The notes below the pieces were generated by a model. It was not told where the DNA came from. It was given only the letters and a program-made list of their open reading frames with translations, and searched no databases. Position numbers and translations under genes: made by a program. A stretch of 64,000 nucleotides of DNA from a virus (Duplodnaviria; Caudoviricetes), in IMG/VR virus record IMGVR_UViG_3300028603_000039, positions 6,076-70,075 of that record; one strand, 5' to 3'. Below are positions 61,001 to 64,000 of the stretch, piece after piece (position 1 is the stretch's first letter; every line of letters begins with the position of its first letter).

Positions 61001-61705
61001 ATGAATATGACCAAACTTTTAGGTGATATACTAGTAGAAGGCGTGCAACCGGCTCAGAAGCACGTCCTGCGTAGGACTACAGAGGCAATGGAGTCTGGAG
61101 TAACCTTTGAAACTGGCGGCGATGCTTTGGGCAAGGAATACCACGGATATATCGTTGCTTATGATAAATCAGGTAAAAAGATAGGGTATGTGGATTATTC
61201 AGTGTATCAAGGGGAAACTTCAGTAAAGATGGTGCAGGTTAATCCAGAATATCGGCGTCAAGGTTATGGGTTGCTTTTACTTAATAAGTTACAAGATCAG
61301 TCGGATACTCCTATTACTATACAAGGTAACTTTGCTACAACTGAAGGTGAGGGGTTATGGAACAAATTTAAAAATCAGGTTGCCCCTATAACTGAGGCAA
61401 GGGTTTTTAAGGCACCGAGTGAGAAAGAAATTAAAGCCAGACATAAAGAATTGATGGACAAATATAAGTTGACTCCAGACATGATGCAGAAGTTGAGACA
61501 GGCATTTGCTTGGCAAGAAGCTCAAAATATGCGCGAAGATCCAGATATAGATTTCTTTTACGATATGTTTTATGATAGTCAAGCAGGGTGGAAGGATCAA
61601 CCAGACTACCAAGTTTTGCTTGAGTTGATTTCACAGGCTGAAGATTCTGGTGAGACTCCAGAAGAATATGCTAAAGGTTTGTTTGTAGAGTTTGATATTA
61701 AGTAA
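61001..61705 (+). CDS. GNAT acetyltransferase-like domain plus DIFKP-like motif
   Basis: IGYVDY...VKMVQVNPEYRRQGYG.LLL (acetyl-CoA motif A); ITEARVFKAPSEKEIKAR. Confidence 0.7.
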   Translation: MNMTKLLGDILVEGVQPAQKHVLRRTTEAMESGVTFETGGDALGKEYHGYIVAYDKSGKKIGYVDYSVYQGETSVKMVQVNPEYRRQGYGLLLLNKLQDQSDTPITIQGNFATTEGEGLWNKFKNQVAPITEARVFKAPSEKEIKARHKELMDKYKLTPDMMQKLRQAFAWQEAQNMREDPDIDFFYDMFYDSQAGWKDQPDYQVLLELISQAEDSGETPEEYAKGLFVEFDIK

Positions 61706-61713
61706 GGTGCATA

Positions 61714-62109
61714 ATGAGTAAAGCATTTGAGAATTTTGTAAATTCAGTGCAAAGCAGTCTAAACGAACGCATCATTTCTGTAACTGGGGAGTGGGCAGTT
61801 GCTGTTGATTATTTAATAACTACCTACTTGAAGAAGAAGTGGAATATTGTAGATGATGATGAGGTTTATGATTTAATAGATGATGTTGATTTAATTGCCA
61901 AGGATTTATCTGCTGAGATTAAAGCAGAAGGAGCTAAAGGCGTTAAGGTAACCAACGTAGAGTTTGTAGAGACTGATTCTAGTAATTGGTCCCACGCTGG
62001 TGTATATTATAATGTAACCCTTACTGGTCAACCTAGTGAGATAGGTAAAGTTTTTGGACCAAATAAGTTAATTTTAGACCTAGACACAGAAAATTTAGAG
62101 GATCAATGA
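61714..62109 (+). CDS. Hypothetical acidic protein
   Basis: Coupled ORF. Confidence 0.65.
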   Translation: MSKAFENFVNSVQSSLNERIISVTGEWAVAVDYLITTYLKKKWNIVDDDEVYDLIDDVDLIAKDLSAEIKAEGAKGVKVTNVEFVETDSSNWSHAGVYYNVTLTGQPSEIGKVFGPNKLILDLDTENLEDQ

Positions 62110-62573
62110 ACGAAGTAGAACAAATGTCTAAACATATAAGCGAGACGGTTGAAGCTTTGGATATAGATCCGAAGTTTTTGTTGGGGCTGTCTCACAAGGC
62201 GGATAATGTAAGGTGTATATGGTGGTATTCCTTAATTACAGGTGAGTTTAGGAGCTCTACTAACCCCAAAGACACCCACCATACAGAAACATTTAAAGAC
62301 ATATCCTATAAATCTAAATGGATTAGGGGTCGCGTTGCTGAATATAAAGGCAAACTTTTCTTGATGATTTATATAGGGTTTATGGATCGGTTTACTCCTA
62401 CTCAGCTTTTAGATTTGGTTGATAAGGCGTCCATGAAAGTTAAAACACCGATTGTATATATAATAAATCAAGATGGGGAAGATTTGTCTGACTTGTTAGA
62501 ATCTGTCGATCAGGGTATTAAAGATAGGTTTGGGATAAAAGAGTTAAAACTGTCGGATGGAGGATGCAAATGA
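62106..62573 (+). CDS. RGR-motif family protein 3
   Basis: MNEVE...EALDIDPKFL...WIRGRVAEY..LFLMIY. Confidence 0.7.
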   Translation: MNEVEQMSKHISETVEALDIDPKFLLGLSHKADNVRCIWWYSLITGEFRSSTNPKDTHHTETFKDISYKSKWIRGRVAEYKGKLFLMIYIGFMDRFTPTQLLDLVDKASMKVKTPIVYIINQDGEDLSDLLESVDQGIKDRFGIKELKLSDGGCK

Positions 62574-63670
62574 TAAATATACCAGAAATACCTTTAGAGA
62601 ACTTTCAGGTACCAGAGGACGAGGTGACGTCTGCTTTAGGTCTTATAAATACTTACGAAGGTTCGCTAGACTTTGGCGTTATAGGATCGGGGCAAGCGGG
62701 GTGTCGGATAGCTAAGTCGTTCTTTGATTTAGGTTATCAGAAGTCTATAGCAGTGAATACATCATTGTCTGATTTGAACCCGTTGGAGATGCCTGCAGAG
62801 CAAAAGCTTAGGATAGGGCATCTTGAGGGATCTGGCAAGTCGATGGAGAAAGGCGCTAGGGCTGCACAGGAATCTTCACAACAAGTGTTTGATAAGATGC
62901 GCCAAGTTTTTGGTAATGTTGATAAGATAATTATATGTGTTGGGTTTGGTGGTGGTACAGGTGCAGGATCGTGTCCCGTGCTTATATCGATTGCTACAAA
63001 GTATTTGGATTATTTGAAGCATGTAAATCCTGCAAAAGACGTAATAGTTATTGCGGCGTTACCTACGGATGGGGAGCTTAAGTCGGCTACAATACAAGTG
63101 AACAACAAAAAAGTTCAAGAAGATATGTTTGACATAGCAGATCAAGGATTGATAGGGCCTGTTATTTTGATAGATAACGCTAAGATAGAGAAGCTTTATA
63201 GAGGCATTCCACCAACTAAGTTTTGGCCTTCTATAAATGATACTATAACAGGTTTGTTCCAGATGTTTAATTACTTATCTAAGCAGGAGTCTGGATATAC
63301 AACCTTTGATAGGGAAGACTATAAAACAGTTCTTACTACTCCGGGGCTAGCAGTTTTGGGCGTTACTAGGGTAGACTTAGGCAAGGATGAACAGTTGTCG
63401 CAGGCTTTACAAGATAACCTAAAGAAGACGTTGTTAGCTGATATGGTTGATTATACTACTGCTAGGGAATCGGCATGCGTTGTTGTTGCTGGTACTGAAG
63501 TTATGGATACGATTTCAATGGATGTTATAAACTACGGGTTTGATACCATTTCTAACCTAATAGGCAATGCCAATGTGCATAGAGGTCTTTATGATACGGA
63601 TGGCGACCTGATTAGGGCGTATACGATGATTACTGGGTGTAGCCCTGTAGTAAATAGAGGGAAGATATAA
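62564..63670 (+). CDS. Tubulin/FtsZ-superfamily GTPase (PhuZ/TubZ-like)
   Basis: GVIGSGQAGCRI, AVNTS..D, GSGK, signature GFGGGTGAG, IDN, FD..D. Confidence 0.85.
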   Translation: MQMINIPEIPLENFQVPEDEVTSALGLINTYEGSLDFGVIGSGQAGCRIAKSFFDLGYQKSIAVNTSLSDLNPLEMPAEQKLRIGHLEGSGKSMEKGARAAQESSQQVFDKMRQVFGNVDKIIICVGFGGGTGAGSCPVLISIATKYLDYLKHVNPAKDVIVIAALPTDGELKSATIQVNNKKVQEDMFDIADQGLIGPVILIDNAKIEKLYRGIPPTKFWPSINDTITGLFQMFNYLSKQESGYTTFDREDYKTVLTTPGLAVLGVTRVDLGKDEQLSQALQDNLKKTLLADMVDYTTARESACVVVAGTEVMDTISMDVINYGFDTISNLIGNANVHRGLYDTDGDLIRAYTMITGCSPVVNRGKI

Positions 63671-64000
63671 TGAACGAAGTCGAACGTTTGTCTGCATATA
63701 TAAAAGAGCACGTAAATCAACCGCCCTTAAAGAGGTTTGTTAAAGAGGCGATAGACATAGACCCGCGCTTGCTTATTATGGCTGGACATAACCCTAACAA
63801 CGTTAAATATGTTTGGTACTACGATAGTGCTTCAAATAAAATAATTGGGTCTTATAAGTCAAAGTCTCACGATGATCAAGAGTTTGCTGATATCTCTAGC
63901 AAAAGTGATGTAACTAGAGGCAGGGTGTTTGAATACAATGGTGAGACATACTTAATTATATATGGAGCAATAGCGGCCGCAAGGAATCCCACCCCCGAAG
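63670..64000 (+). CDS. RGR-motif family protein 4 (3'-truncated)
   Basis: Read by hand: MNEVERLSAYIKE...EAIDIDPRLL...VTRGRVFEYNGETYLIIY; runs off the window. Confidence 0.7.
   Translation, partial: MNEVERLSAYIKEHVNQPPLKRFVKEAIDIDPRLLIMAGHNPNNVKYVWYYDSASNKIIGSYKSKSHDDQEFADISSKSDVTRGRVFEYNGETYLIIYGAIAAARNPTPE

Larger units (their letters stand above)
50551..61705 (+). repeat. Dispersed protein-level repeat: 17 copies of (D/E)(I/V)F(K/Q)P(A/V/I)(S/T)xx(D/E)(I/V)xxR in 8 ORFs
   Basis: Counted directly in the translations. Confidence 0.92.

Noticed and set aside
50551-61705. Possible CRISPR array or DNA tandem repeat behind the recurring TTTAAACC/GCC-like words
   Set aside because: The repeats are conserved at protein level with synonymous variation, are irregularly spaced and lie in frame inside genes; no cas genes are present.

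Overview
A 64-kb segment of a large, AT-rich, probably lytic dsDNA bacteriophage (jumbo-phage-like). Essentially all credible genes are on the + strand and tightly packed; the minus-strand ORFs look like shadows. Layout: (1) 1-19.5 kb is replication, nucleotide metabolism and recombination: a UDG-like/exonuclease/PolA polymerase with an intein, a PurZ-like adenylosuccinate-synthetase homolog, class II RNR, UvsY/RecA, GuaB-like, a DEDDh exonuclease, a dNTP diphosphohydrolase-like protein, an Mre11-Rad50 fusion, a resolvase and MazG. (2) 19.5-23 kb holds a tandem GroES, GroEL and peptide deformylase. (3) 23-52 kb is an accessory region driven by a family of sigma70-type promoters: RNA repair (RtcB, CCA enzyme, kinase, phosphoesterase), NAD salvage (PncA, PncB-like), a radical SAM gene followed by five genes sharing an N-terminal MKxRxGFVSNSS motif, several DNA methyltransferases, a solo IS607 recombinase and two tRNA-like elements. 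(4) 52-64 kb holds a sigma-like factor, an HNH nuclease, a family of modular proteins punctuated by 17 copies of an (hydrophobic-x-E)-x-DIFKPAS-xx-DI-xx-R motif, and a tubulin/FtsZ-family GTPase. Best candidates for novel biology: a possible 2-aminoadenine (Z) pathway, the radical SAM plus shared-leader array, and the putative protease-cleaved polyprotein cargo system. All family calls come from motif recognition by eye; no database search was run.
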